A DNA stretch of 64,000 nt from Candidatus Calescibacterium sp. Its GTDB lineage: Bacteria; Calescibacteriota; Calescibacteriia; Calescibacteriales; Calescibacteriaceae. A program made the translations under genes and the position numbers. The DNA lies in contig JAVVGL010000001.1 of assembly GCA_032249135.1 (NCBI GenBank), positions 144,283 through 208,282 on the forward strand. Reading direction: 5' to 3'. Positions 10,501 to 20,835 of this stretch are shown piece after piece. The notes below the pieces were generated by a model that searched no databases, was not told the DNA's origin, and saw only the letters and a list, made by a program, of their open reading frames with translations. How positions within the stretch are numbered: the stretch's first letter is position 1; every line of letters begins with the position of its first letter.

Positions 10501-12213
10501 TTAAAAATCATCAATGTTGACAAAAAATATTCCTTCGGGTTGTTGCCAAATTAATCCATACTTCGTGAAAATGCCATAAGTTCCTTCGTGAATTATCCTG
10601 AAATCTTTGAAATCTAATGTCTCATCTCCAGAAGAAATCGCTACTTTACCACCCTCTATCCATGTCACATATATCTTATTACCTATAACAACTATCTCTG
10701 GCTTCTCTGATTTTATCCCCGGACTTTTTGATATATTCCTGATTTTGAATTTTTTGGCATTTTCTGCCCCAAAATCCGGCATTCCTGAGTAATCGTATGT
10801 GATAACCTTTCCATCGGGAAGTTTTAATGTTGACGCCCCAACAAGAATTGGAGCTTGCAGTATAAGAACCTCATGTTCTCCCTCTATAACTCTTTCAAAA
10901 GCCAAATAGAAATTTTTTGTATCAGTTGCGCAAGAAACATATTTTACATCAGAAAGATACGCTGGAATATAAAATGGTTCTAACTCCCTATCAGAAAACT
11001 GAGGATATGAGCGTAAAATATTAATTACATCCAAAAGCTGGCGCTTAAACTGAAAGACCTTCACTCTGTATCCGAACCCATCGCTCCATACAGCATAAAA
11101 GTTTCCTCCTCCACCGCATATTCTTGGATGTATCTCAAATGGTATTTGTAAATAACAGGACTCGCAATAGGTATAAGTCATAATTTCTGAAAATGTTTCC
11201 CCAGAATCTTTTGAATATGAGCACTTTACTCTTGCATCTCTAACCCCCTTGTTGTAATAGCAAATCATAACTTCTCCTTTGTCTGCAAATATATCTGGGA
11301 AATAACCATTATCAAAACTTGCTTTGAACTTAAAAGATTTGGAATCTAATTTATATTTCCCATAGTAAAATCCAGAGCCAGCGCTTGCAACAGAATGCAG
11401 AATATCACCATCTAAATCTATTCTTATAGATGCCTGTCCAAAATAGATAGTCTTTAATTCACGATTTACCATTACTATTGCCTCGGAATTTACAAGGTCA
11501 TTCCATGCAACTATCAATCCATCAGAATCATCAACATCAAATGGAACTTCTGAATACACATTGGTTATAGATGAGGCAGAAAAGACATACACTGCATCAG
11601 TGACATATCCACCATATCCATCAGTGCAAATAAGAGTGTGCTTAAATTTTCCTGATGTTGTAGGTGAAAATGGGAATTCTCCGGGAATTTGTATTTTGAA
11701 ATCACTTACACCATCGGAGTAAAAATCAACAGAACAAATTACTTTATCTCCGTCTGGGTCGTATCCATCAACTTTTATTTTCAAACTCTCTCCCGGGGTT
11801 GTCACATAGTTTTTATTAGTAGATATATATGGGGTGTTATTTTCTGGGAAAACTTTGATGGTAGTGTAAGATTTTGCTATGCTTTTGCCTGTCACAAGTG
11901 TAGCTGATACAACAAAAACAGTCTCTTCTGAGACTTTATATGTATGTTCAACATAGGGAACGGTTGTTTTTTCTGAAGAACCATCTCCAAAATCCCAAAT
12001 GATTTCAAATTTGTCAGAATATGCAATTGAGGCATAAAATTTGACAGAAAGAGGACTTTTTCCTTCGGTAGGATAAGCATAAATAAAGATAGAAGATCTT
12101 TCAATTTCAATTACTCTTTCCTTGCAGTAAAAAGTAAAAAACAACAAAATACTTAAAAAAGTAAGCGAAAATTTCTTATTCGTATTGCAATTTAACATCA
12201 ATTTCAAACTCAT
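10501..12213 (-). CDS. PKD-domain putative lipoprotein with C-terminal propeller-like (BNR/sialidase-like) region
   Basis: Signal ending FFTFYC; G.SPLSVKF, WDFGDG, HTY (PKD); DPDGD Ig-like motif; YSKDSGETF Asp-box. Confidence 0.65.
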   Translation of the reverse strand: MSLKLMLNCNTNKKFSLTFLSILLFFTFYCKERVIEIERSSIFIYAYPTEGKSPLSVKFYASIAYSDKFEIIWDFGDGSSEKTTVPYVEHTYKVSEETVFVVSATLVTGKSIAKSYTTIKVFPENNTPYISTNKNYVTTPGESLKIKVDGYDPDGDKVICSVDFYSDGVSDFKIQIPGEFPFSPTTSGKFKHTLICTDGYGGYVTDAVYVFSASSITNVYSEVPFDVDDSDGLIVAWNDLVNSEAIVMVNRELKTIYFGQASIRIDLDGDILHSVASAGSGFYYGKYKLDSKSFKFKASFDNGYFPDIFADKGEVMICYYNKGVRDARVKCSYSKDSGETFSEIMTYTYCESCYLQIPFEIHPRICGGGGNFYAVWSDGFGYRVKVFQFKRQLLDVINILRSYPQFSDRELEPFYIPAYLSDVKYVSCATDTKNFYLAFERVIEGEHEVLILQAPILVGASTLKLPDGKVITYDYSGMPDFGAENAKKFKIRNISKSPGIKSEKPEIVVIGNKIYVTWIEGGKVAISSGDETLDFKDFRIIHEGTYGIFTKYGLIWQQPEGIFFVNIDDF

Positions 12214-12234
12214 TCTAATCGTTTCTAAATTAAT

Positions 12235-13944
12235 CTATTTTTCTAAAACTTCAATGCGCTGGTAAACTCCCGAAATAAGGTCACAGCCCAATTCTTCAGC
12301 CGGCATATTTGGTCTCCAATATCTATTACGGCAATAGCAAGGAGGAAGAATTGGGCACACTTCATAATAAGAAGATGCAGGATATAAGCGAGGTTTATAA
12401 ACGAAAATAATAGGAATGTCCATGTATTCTCTTTCTAAGATAATAAAGTCCCAATCTGTGTAGGAGGGAGGGGGATATTCATCTATCCATTTGAAAAATT
12501 GAGCGTAAATATAGATGTATAAATTTCCATCTTTATAATAAATTTTTTCTACAAAATTGTGATCTCCTCTATAATCCCAATCGTTATATAAGCCTATGGC
12601 AAGTATAAACTTTTTTGAAAAATCAACCTTTATCTCATCTCCGGAAGAACATATCAGCTGATTTTCCGTTGTTATTTTATAGTAAAGAATTGTAACTCGA
12701 GTCGGGTAAATAATATCTTTGAATTCCGGAGTTTCACATATTACATTCCGTAAAATTACTCTTAGTTCTTTTGGAAATTTTGCTTCCATGTAAGTAGGAC
12801 ATGGGGTCATATAAGTATAAATGTATGTAGATGAAAATTGATAATTGTTAGGAAATGTTAAAGGGCAGATATATTCCGCTTGTATTTTTCTGTCATCATC
12901 AACTTTTCCGTCGCAATCATTATCTATTCCATCTTGCTCATCTTGTAAATCAAGAACCCCCGGATTTATTTTTGGATTTTTATCATCACAATCTCCTGAA
13001 AGAGTTGTGATGCTCCCAGAGAATTTAAATGTTACTCCTTCGGGGAAAAATGTTATTCCTTCGGGAAATTTAGAATCACATATTAAAACTCCTTCTGGAA
13101 CACCATATCCATCTCCATCATTATCAGAATAAATCCCAAAACAATCCAAACAAACTTCATTTGAGAATCCGGAATCACCTCCTAAACCATAAGATATAAC
13201 GCGGTAGCAATGTTTTCCCTCTTCCTTTTCCCCAACTTCAAAAGATGTAACAGAAGAAGGAGAAATCCATATCGCCACAAACTTATCTTTAACATTCTTT
13301 AAAATCTTAAAACCGATTTCTCTATCTTCGCCATTTTTATTTTCCTTTTCATTATTATTATCTTCCTTTTTCTGCCATTCTAATCTTATCTTATTACTAC
13401 TATTACCGTCAATAATTTGAAGTTTTAGGTTTGAGGGAGAAGGTGGAGGAGGTATTTCTTGTTCTACTTTGGAAATTTCAGCACAAGCTTTTCCTAATTC
13501 TATTTCTCCCCCCTTACCAGATTTTGCTTTCACCTCCCAGCAATACTTTTTCCCAGGTTTCACATCACCATCGGGATAAAAAGTAATTGAAGATGGGAAC
13601 AAAGCGAGAAGTTCTTTTCCACCGTCTATTACTCTTGAGACCTCGTATGAATCCACTTTTTCTTTTCCTTCCCATTTGATAAAAACAAGTTTTGATGATA
13701 AAAATTCTAATTCTATTCCCTCTTCATATATTATTTTTATTTTATCTTCTCCCTCCTTTGTTTTCTCCATTTTATCTTCTCCCGTCTCTATCTTCTCTTC
13801 ATTTAGATTGTGTGTTGCTTTATTTTCTTGAAATTCTCCTACTTTTTGGATTTTGTTTTCTCGTTTCTCCTCTTTACATAAAAGTAAGAGAAACAGAAGA
13901 GAAAAAATAGAAAAGAATTTTTTTATTCTTGTTTCCTTTACCAT
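12235..13944 (-). CDS. Putative lipoprotein with two FN3 domains and a MopE-like DCDD..NCDG metal-binding motif
   Basis: LLLLLC signal; PG.KYCWEVKA and YRVISY..GGDSGFSNEV (FN3); DNDGDGYG, GDCDDKNPKINPG..DGIDNDCDG. Confidence 0.65.
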   Translation of the reverse strand: MVKETRIKKFFSIFSLLFLLLLCKEEKRENKIQKVGEFQENKATHNLNEEKIETGEDKMEKTKEGEDKIKIIYEEGIELEFLSSKLVFIKWEGKEKVDSYEVSRVIDGGKELLALFPSSITFYPDGDVKPGKKYCWEVKAKSGKGGEIELGKACAEISKVEQEIPPPPSPSNLKLQIIDGNSSNKIRLEWQKKEDNNNEKENKNGEDREIGFKILKNVKDKFVAIWISPSSVTSFEVGEKEEGKHCYRVISYGLGGDSGFSNEVCLDCFGIYSDNDGDGYGVPEGVLICDSKFPEGITFFPEGVTFKFSGSITTLSGDCDDKNPKINPGVLDLQDEQDGIDNDCDGKVDDDRKIQAEYICPLTFPNNYQFSSTYIYTYMTPCPTYMEAKFPKELRVILRNVICETPEFKDIIYPTRVTILYYKITTENQLICSSGDEIKVDFSKKFILAIGLYNDWDYRGDHNFVEKIYYKDGNLYIYIYAQFFKWIDEYPPPSYTDWDFIILEREYMDIPIIFVYKPRLYPASSYYEVCPILPPCYCRNRYWRPNMPAEELGCDLISGVYQRIEVLEK

Positions 13945-14012
13945 AGATAAAACGCCTCCTTTAATCTAAAAAATCTAAAATTCATACTTATATTTTAAAT
14001 CATCATTTAAAC

Positions 14013-17000
14013 TCAGTTGCAGGTTGGATAAGCTTCACATTTGCCAGTTGATGGATTAAAGCTTCCGCCAGCGCAAGTCGGATTTCGCTTACACAAACGT
14101 GAAGCAGGATCATCAAGAGGACATGTCCATCCACACTCTATACCATCATCATCACACGATACCTCTGTCCATCCAGAAGGGCAACTATTTATGCTACTGC
14201 ACCAGGTATTACAACCTCCGTTAATTCTGTAATAGCACGTTTTATCTTCTGAGCTGTACCAACACCTACTCTTAGCTCTTTCGTTACAGCTTTTACCAAT
14301 ATAACCAGAACAGCCATCGCAATCGCTATCGTTTGGTTCTCTCTCACATTTTCCAGTTGATGTATTTAATGTATATCCACTTGGGCATTTTGTTGGGGGG
14401 CAAATTGACGAGTTAGAATCATCACAATCAACGCATGCGCGACAACCATCGCCATCATTATCTGCCTCCCAGCTTGGAATTACTCCATCACAGTTATCAT
14501 CAATCCCATTACATATTTCAGGTGCTCCAGGATGTATAGATGAAATTAAATCATTGCAATCTCCCGCACATATGCGCCAACCGTCTCCATCTAAATCTAA
14601 TTCATTCCAAGGTACTACGCCATCACAATTATCATCTATACCATTGCAAGATTCTGGTGCTCCCGGATGTATTTGATCGTTATAGTCTTTGCAATCATTA
14701 TTGGCAGTAACATATCCTGGGGGACCCGGGGGACACGCCTCTATAGGTGAGTGACCGATGCACCACCACACACAAAAGGTCCAAAATGATTCGCAACAGT
14801 ATAAATAGTCGCCAGTTCTTCCATATCCATCACCATCATCATCATACCAGTATGTGACTTTCACTCCTTCGTCTATTTGTCCATTGCAGTTATTATCTTT
14901 ACCATCGCATACCTCTGGATTTCCTGGAAATTTTGCAGAATCCTTATCATCACAATCTCCTTGGCAAATTCTATATCCATCTCCATCTTCATCCTTTTCG
15001 TTTGTGATATCCCCATCACAGTTATCATCCTTTCCATTGCAAATTTCAACTGCATCGGGATGAACGGAACTATCTGAATCATCACAATCTAAGTCATTTG
15101 CCACATATCCTTGTGGTTGAGAAGGAGCGAAAACTAACTCATTAGGATCACCATAGCCGTCGCCATCTGCGTCTTTATAAAATGCAACAAGTATTTGAAC
15201 TTGTCCCTCAACATATTGTGACCAAAGACCAGTCGTATCTTTTACTCTATATCTTACTGTGTATATTCCTGGTGAATTATAAGTATGAGATGTTTCTTTA
15301 CATACTCCCAGTTCACATACTCCCAAAGTTTCGCACACTCTTAGTGCTTCCTCCGTTATTGAGCCTATAGTAGGATTCGTTCCATCTCCAAAATCCCACT
15401 CACATTCTTCGATTAAATTTCCATCTTGTTCATAGAAGCTTCCTTTAAAATCTACTTTTACACCTCCACTGGGGAATTTTAAGAAATAAAAAGGAAGTAT
15501 CTTTTCCCCCACTGCACAAATTTGGCCAATGCTGGGATCCGGATCTGGATAACATATAGTAAAATTAGCAGTTGGTGGATTATCAGGAACACTCACATCA
15601 AAAAATGGTAATCTAGTTCCATCAAGTGAAAATGTGTTTCCATTTGCTCTTATTGTATAAAAGAACCTTATTGTTTTTGTATTATGGTCAATAAACCTTC
15701 TGAATCTCCGATTCTTTATATATATACTTGGCCGAACTTTCTCCGCTCTCAAGTTGCTGAGGTTCCATAAACCCCTTAGCTGCGGAACACCAGTTCTTGA
15801 TAAAATAAACATATCATCTCCGCATAGTTGATCCCCTTGCCATGGGCAGTTTGAGTTTGGTGTAACTATTAGATCATAATTTGCAGACTCCCCAGGAAAT
15901 GCATAAAAAATAGGAGATATTATACCTATCATAGATGAACCCTCTATTCTATCCAGCATAATGGAAGGTGTTCTACTTATTTCTGCAAGATATGCTGAGG
16001 CTATGGTTCCAAGTCTTATTTCATCCATTAAATCTTGATTTTCTATTGTATCGGTGGCACAATCCAGAAAAGCATTGAAGAATGACTCTATGCTAGAATA
16101 ACCCGCACCCACAGATCTTATAGCACACTCTGCAAGCTTATCAACTATATCACCGTACCTATTTCTTAAACGCCAAAGAAATGAATACCAAAGACCTCCA
16201 TTATAATGTGACTCATTTATAAGGTCAGATCGCAGAAAAGTTCTGTTATTTATAGCATTATCAAAAGTATAATTATTAGGATTTGCTCCTAATATATTAG
16301 CCCAATCTCTTATTGAAACTGCATAGATTTGCCTTTTGTATAAATTGACCATAACATCAGCAAAGTAATCTGCAATACCCTCTGTAAGACTTCTATAAAG
16401 ATCTCCCCATCTTTCTTTTTCACATTTTACCACATGGCAGTGGTGAGCATGTGAATATTCGTGGAAAACAACGAAAGGAGTTCTTGAAGCAAGAAATCTA
16501 CAAAGAGTTATGTTATAACTAACATCCGCCAAAAATGGATCTCCAGGGGAAAAACCAGCATTTTGGCATTTTCCATATGCACATATGTTTTTTGGCGGCC
16601 AACTTCGTTGTGGTTCTGTGTATCTTCTGTAATCTACATAAAGAGTTTCTATAATTGTTTGAGTGGCTCTATCCCCGAATCTTGAAGCATCGTCGAAAAA
16701 TCTCCCTGCCATAGTTGCCCAGAAATATGCTGAAGCCATTTCAAATTCATGCGGATTCATAACAGGGTCATAACAGAAATCTCTATCTGGTTCATTTATT
16801 ACCGGAGGAGGTTGGCATGTCCTTCCCGGACACAACTCATCGCACCGGGAACAACAGTAGTCTTTAGGATCTGAAAATATACAGCCCAGTAGTGTAAAAA
16901 CGCCAATAGTGCACTCTTGACTATAAGAAATACATTGATTACAGTAAACTGGTCCTTCATAAGTGAGATCAGCATCTGTTACTCGTCTTACATATTTCCC

Positions 17001-18766
17001 AGATAAATTTTGACCGGTAACATCTGGAAATCCAACTCGGCTAACACTACTCGTAGGACAAGCCGTCATGTTGTCTGGTTCACGTTGGAATTGCTGTTCA
17101 GCTGTACATATACATCCACACCAATCAGTACATGGGGGAAGCTCCGAGAAGATGAGGTCAGAAATTTCCACAAGACTTCCATCAAAAGCATCAATCCATA
17201 CCCAAAACCTTCTTGCAATAGTAAGAATGAGAATTTTGTACGCCAAGTGTAAAATCCCATTTTTATCCCTTATTATTGTCAAGTAATATATTGGAGGAGC
17301 AAATTGTAATTCTTCCGGTTGCAGTGAAAATAATGAAAAAATACGAGACAAAACATCTCTTGGGCTTAACTTAGGTATTGTTGGAAAAGTTTCAGGAATA
17401 ACATAATATTCTCCGAATATCGATCTAGGATTTCCTTCTGAATTAGTCCTCACAATAAGTTCGGTTTCCACTGGAATTCCTTTGAAAAACTGTTTAAACC
17501 TTATAAATGAAGCGTAACCTAAATTTTCAACTTCCTCTATTTTTAAATCTCCAAGATCTTCCTTGAAACCATAAACATCTTTAAGCTCGCTCAAAAAAGC
17601 TACTACTCCCTCTATTGTTCTTATGCCTTCATAAGATACTATTGTAAAATATGAAAAAACAAGGGCAGGGTTACCTGCCTTATCTTTTATCTTCACTCGA
17701 AGATTATGTGTATTTTCTGTAAGCTGTTCAGAAGGTGTAAAGTAAGCTCTGTTTTCCTCAACCCGAAATTTAGAAGTAATCTCCTCCCTATCCAAAAATA
17801 TTCGGAAAGATTCTTTAAGAATCCCTGATGTTTCATCCCAGAATTCAATCAAAAAATATGGAGTTTTACTTTGTATCAAAGCTCCGTATTGAGGTGATGA
17901 AACAACTATAAAAGGAGGCACTGTATCTAATACAAGAGATGCTCTTTCTGTCCTCATCTCTCCTACCTTCTTTATCATTGTTCCACCATTTCCTAACTCA
18001 TCCTCTCTTTCAACAAGAAGATAAACAGTGTAATAGTAAGCTCCGTCTGGTTGAATTTTACCTTCAAAATCCTTCCCATTCCATATTGTTTTCATGTTTT
18101 TTCTTACATAGTGACAAGCTTTACCTTGCTCAATAGGTTTTAAGTCCCAAGTAACGCAATCAAAAGGAGGCAAGATTTCTTCTTTGAATGAGGAAAATTC
18201 ATTTATTAGCTTCCCTTTTTCATCATAGATAGAAAGCGACCATGTCAGAAAGTATCTTTTTACATCTCCTTTACCTTGTGATTGAAGTGCATCTGTATGC
18301 TTTACAAGAACTATAAAAGAAAACTCAACTTCATCAAGATGTCCATCACCATTTGGGGAGAAATAATCGGTTGATCTATCAAATTTTCTCAAACATACCT
18401 TTCCAGTTTCATCACAAACTGGGGATTGAAGTGGAGATGCAGTAATTGTTAGTGGTCTTGAAGGTGTGATTTTTACACCCTCAAAAAAATGGTTTGGAAT
18501 AGGCTTTTTCTTCGTATACTTTCCTCCAAATACAGCAATGGGATTCCCAAGAACATCATTCCAGTCAGCTTTCCAATTACCTCCATTTTTTCTGTTAAAT
18601 TCCTCAAAAGCTTTCATTTGATCTTTTGTTGGTTCCCCAGTAGAAGCATTATTGGAAATCACTGCAATAGATATCAGCAAAATAGAGGATAATATAACTC
18701 CGTAAAGATTTAGGCTCCCCCCCCAGCCTTTTTGCTATCTTTTAGCATTTTTCTTTCCACTTTCAT
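14013..18766 (-). CDS. Large secreted Zn-metallopeptidase (M4/M36-like) with Ig-like, propeptide, PKD and MopE-like repeats; 5' end frameshifted at G8 tract (continuous ORF 14013..18680)
   Basis: FSPNGDG and WNGKD..G (FlgD-Ig-like); F.QF.KGIPVE and W.WIDAFDG (FTP/PepSY); HEYSH plus LTEGIADYF; WDFGDG..HTYNSPGIY; four full DCDD..PGA.E.CNG.DDNCDG-type repeats. Confidence 0.75.
18717..18724 (-). repeat. G8 homopolymer in signal-peptide coding region of the large peptidase
   Basis: cccccccc on + strand; G9 or G6 would join ATG 18766 to the main ORF. Confidence 0.9.
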
Positions 18767-18889
18767 AATTTAAAATATAATCATTTTTTGTTTTGTTGTG
18801 TTGAAATTTGAGCAGTCAAAAATTTAAAACTAACCTCTTTTTTTCTTTTTTGAATTTATTTGAAGTTTGCGTAAAGAGGTTTGTTTTTT

Positions 18890-18965
18890 TGGAGCGGGTG
18901 ACGGGACTCGAACCCGCGACCCCTGCCATGGCAAGGCAGTGCTCTACCAACTGAGCTACACCCGC
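18890..18965 (-). tRNA. tRNA-Gly(GCC)
   Basis: GCGGGTGTAGCTCAGTTGGTAGAGCACTGCCTTGCCATGGCAGGGGTCGCGGGTTCGAGTCCCGTCACCCGCTCCA; 76-nt cloverleaf, anticodon GCC, encoded CCA. Confidence 0.98.
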
Positions 18966-19078
18966 AATTGAATAAAATATTTTAATCAAAAGTATAAATT
19001 TTATCACTAAAACAAAAATTTCTTTTTTTAAACAAAAAGTTTTTTCTTTGCTCCTTTTTGCTTGTTCTTTTTTGCTTT

Positions 19079-19954
19079 TCAAACTCTTTCTTTTATTTCT
19101 TTGCCAAAAATTCCTTCTGGTCTCAAAGCTAAGAATATAAGCCCCACAAGAAAAACAAAAGCAGTTTTGTATTTTATAGAAACATAACCTCCGAATAAAG
19201 TTTCTGTTATTCCAACTATCAAAGAACCTACGATTGCACCGGGAGGACTATCAAGCCCTCCTATGACTGCTCCTATAAAAGCCCTCAGGAATGGATCAAA
19301 CATAAAAAACTGGTCTACAAAATATAATGGAGCTATTAAAAATCCTGCGATTCCAGCTGTGAAAGTTGAAATTGCCCATGTGAAACCTATTATCCATCTT
19401 GTTTTTATTCCAAGTACCCTTGCCATATCTAAGTTTTGAGATATAGCTCTCATAAATATTCCTACTTTTGTGCGCATCACGACAAAGTAAAGAATTGCCA
19501 TCAAAATTAAGCTTGTTGAACTCGTTAAAATAAAGCTCTTTCTCATTTTAAAGTCTAAAATTTGAGTTTCCCCTGTGAATGGAGAATTCAGAGCTTTTGG
19601 ATCTGGTCCCCATATTGCGATTTCAACAGTTTGAATTAAAAATGAGATGGCTATTGTTATTATTGTAAGCCCAAGAGGAGAGACTCCTCTTCTTTGTCCT
19701 TCGTAGAGAATAAAAAAATATATAAGAAATGCAAGAACGCTGCTTATCAGCGAACCGATCAGTCCGTAAAGAATAAATTGGGAAGGAGTTATTATTTTAT
19801 CACCTATCAGAGATAGAGCTATGAAAGTTCCTAATGTAGCAAAATCCCCATGGGCGAAATTTAAAACCCGTGTGGTTCTATATATCAATACTATACCTAA
19901 GGAAACCAAGGCATATATAAATCCTACTTCTATACCCAGTATGAAATAACTCAT
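19079..19954 (-). CDS. livH: Branched-chain amino acid ABC transporter permease
   Basis: YALVSLG..LIY..TRVLNFAHG; G..MRA.SQN...A..LGI; GGLDS.PGA. Confidence 0.9.
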   Translation of the reverse strand: MSYFILGIEVGFIYALVSLGIVLIYRTTRVLNFAHGDFATLGTFIALSLIGDKIITPSQFILYGLIGSLISSVLAFLIYFFILYEGQRRGVSPLGLTIITIAISFLIQTVEIAIWGPDPKALNSPFTGETQILDFKMRKSFILTSSTSLILMAILYFVVMRTKVGIFMRAISQNLDMARVLGIKTRWIIGFTWAISTFTAGIAGFLIAPLYFVDQFFMFDPFLRAFIGAVIGGLDSPPGAIVGSLIVGITETLFGGYVSIKYKTAFVFLVGLIFLALRPEGIFGKEIKERV

Positions 19955-20069
19955 CTTTTCCTTTCTCCCTTGCCTTATTTTATTGATTTATATATTGATT
20001 TTGCTGTTTTTTATTTTTTGTTTATATTTTTTACTTCTTTAACTTTTATTTTTCTCTCTTCATTTTTTG

Positions 20070-20807
20070 TTAATCTGAGTTTTGGAAGACTTTTTTCAGC
20101 AAGCTTGCGTCTCCCTCAATTTTTTCTATTTCTACCTTCAAGCTCCCAAGAGTAAAGTTAAGTTGCATCTTTACAGGGAAAAGATTTTCCTTATCTAACC
20201 AAACTAACCATTTCTCTTTTGGTTTTATGGGACCTTTTGTCTCAACATCAGCTCCTAACTCAACAATTTTTGATTTAAAATTCCCCAACCGAGAACTCAC
20301 AATTTCCTCACCAACCAAACTATACGAAATGTAATAGTACTTATCTTCGTAGAAAATTTTCAATATACCGTTTTCGTATTTTGTAGCTTCTTTATATAAA
20401 ATAAGACTTGCAGTATGAGGATCAACAAACCCATCGTTTAAGAATTCCCCAAACTCTTCTGTTTTTTCCTTCCGCGCATAAATCACCTTTTTCACATATA
20501 TTTTATCTCCCTTGAAGATGTAATATTGATCTCTTCTGAATCCAATTTCATCCTGATGATAAAAGAATTTTTTTGGTTTGAGCTCCTGCAAATCTATTAT
20601 AGACCAACCAAAATTATGCACCTTTTTTACGATATTACCGAAACTTAAAGTTTTTGCTAAACTTGATATTACAAAATTTTCCCCATCTTTTTTATAACCT
20701 ATGCAAATCTGAGCTGTTGGGAAGAAAATAAAATAAGCTTTGTAGCATGTTTTCAGCTCTTCTATATTAGCTATAAAATACAAAAAAATCAAATAATAAT
20801 GAAACAC
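20070..20807 (-). CDS. DUF3108-like exported protein
   Basis: N-terminal hydrophobic segment, DP..A, G.F....V, VWLD....PVK...G pattern. Confidence 0.55.
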   Translation of the reverse strand: MFHYYLIFLYFIANIEELKTCYKAYFIFFPTAQICIGYKKDGENFVISSLAKTLSFGNIVKKVHNFGWSIIDLQELKPKKFFYHQDEIGFRRDQYYIFKGDKIYVKKVIYARKEKTEEFGEFLNDGFVDPHTASLILYKEATKYENGILKIFYEDKYYYISYSLVGEEIVSSRLGNFKSKIVELGADVETKGPIKPKEKWLVWLDKENLFPVKMQLNFTLGSLKVEIEKIEGDASLLKKVFQNSD

Positions 20808-20835
20808 AAAAATAATTTTAGTCTGGAAATTTCAT

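Noticed and set aside
13027-13068. 21-bp tandem duplication (FPEGITF/FPEGVTF)
   Set aside because: In-frame micro-duplication with no evident functional consequence
18816-19082. 88-aa ORF across the tRNA
   Set aside because: Spurious translation of tRNA-Gly and flanks
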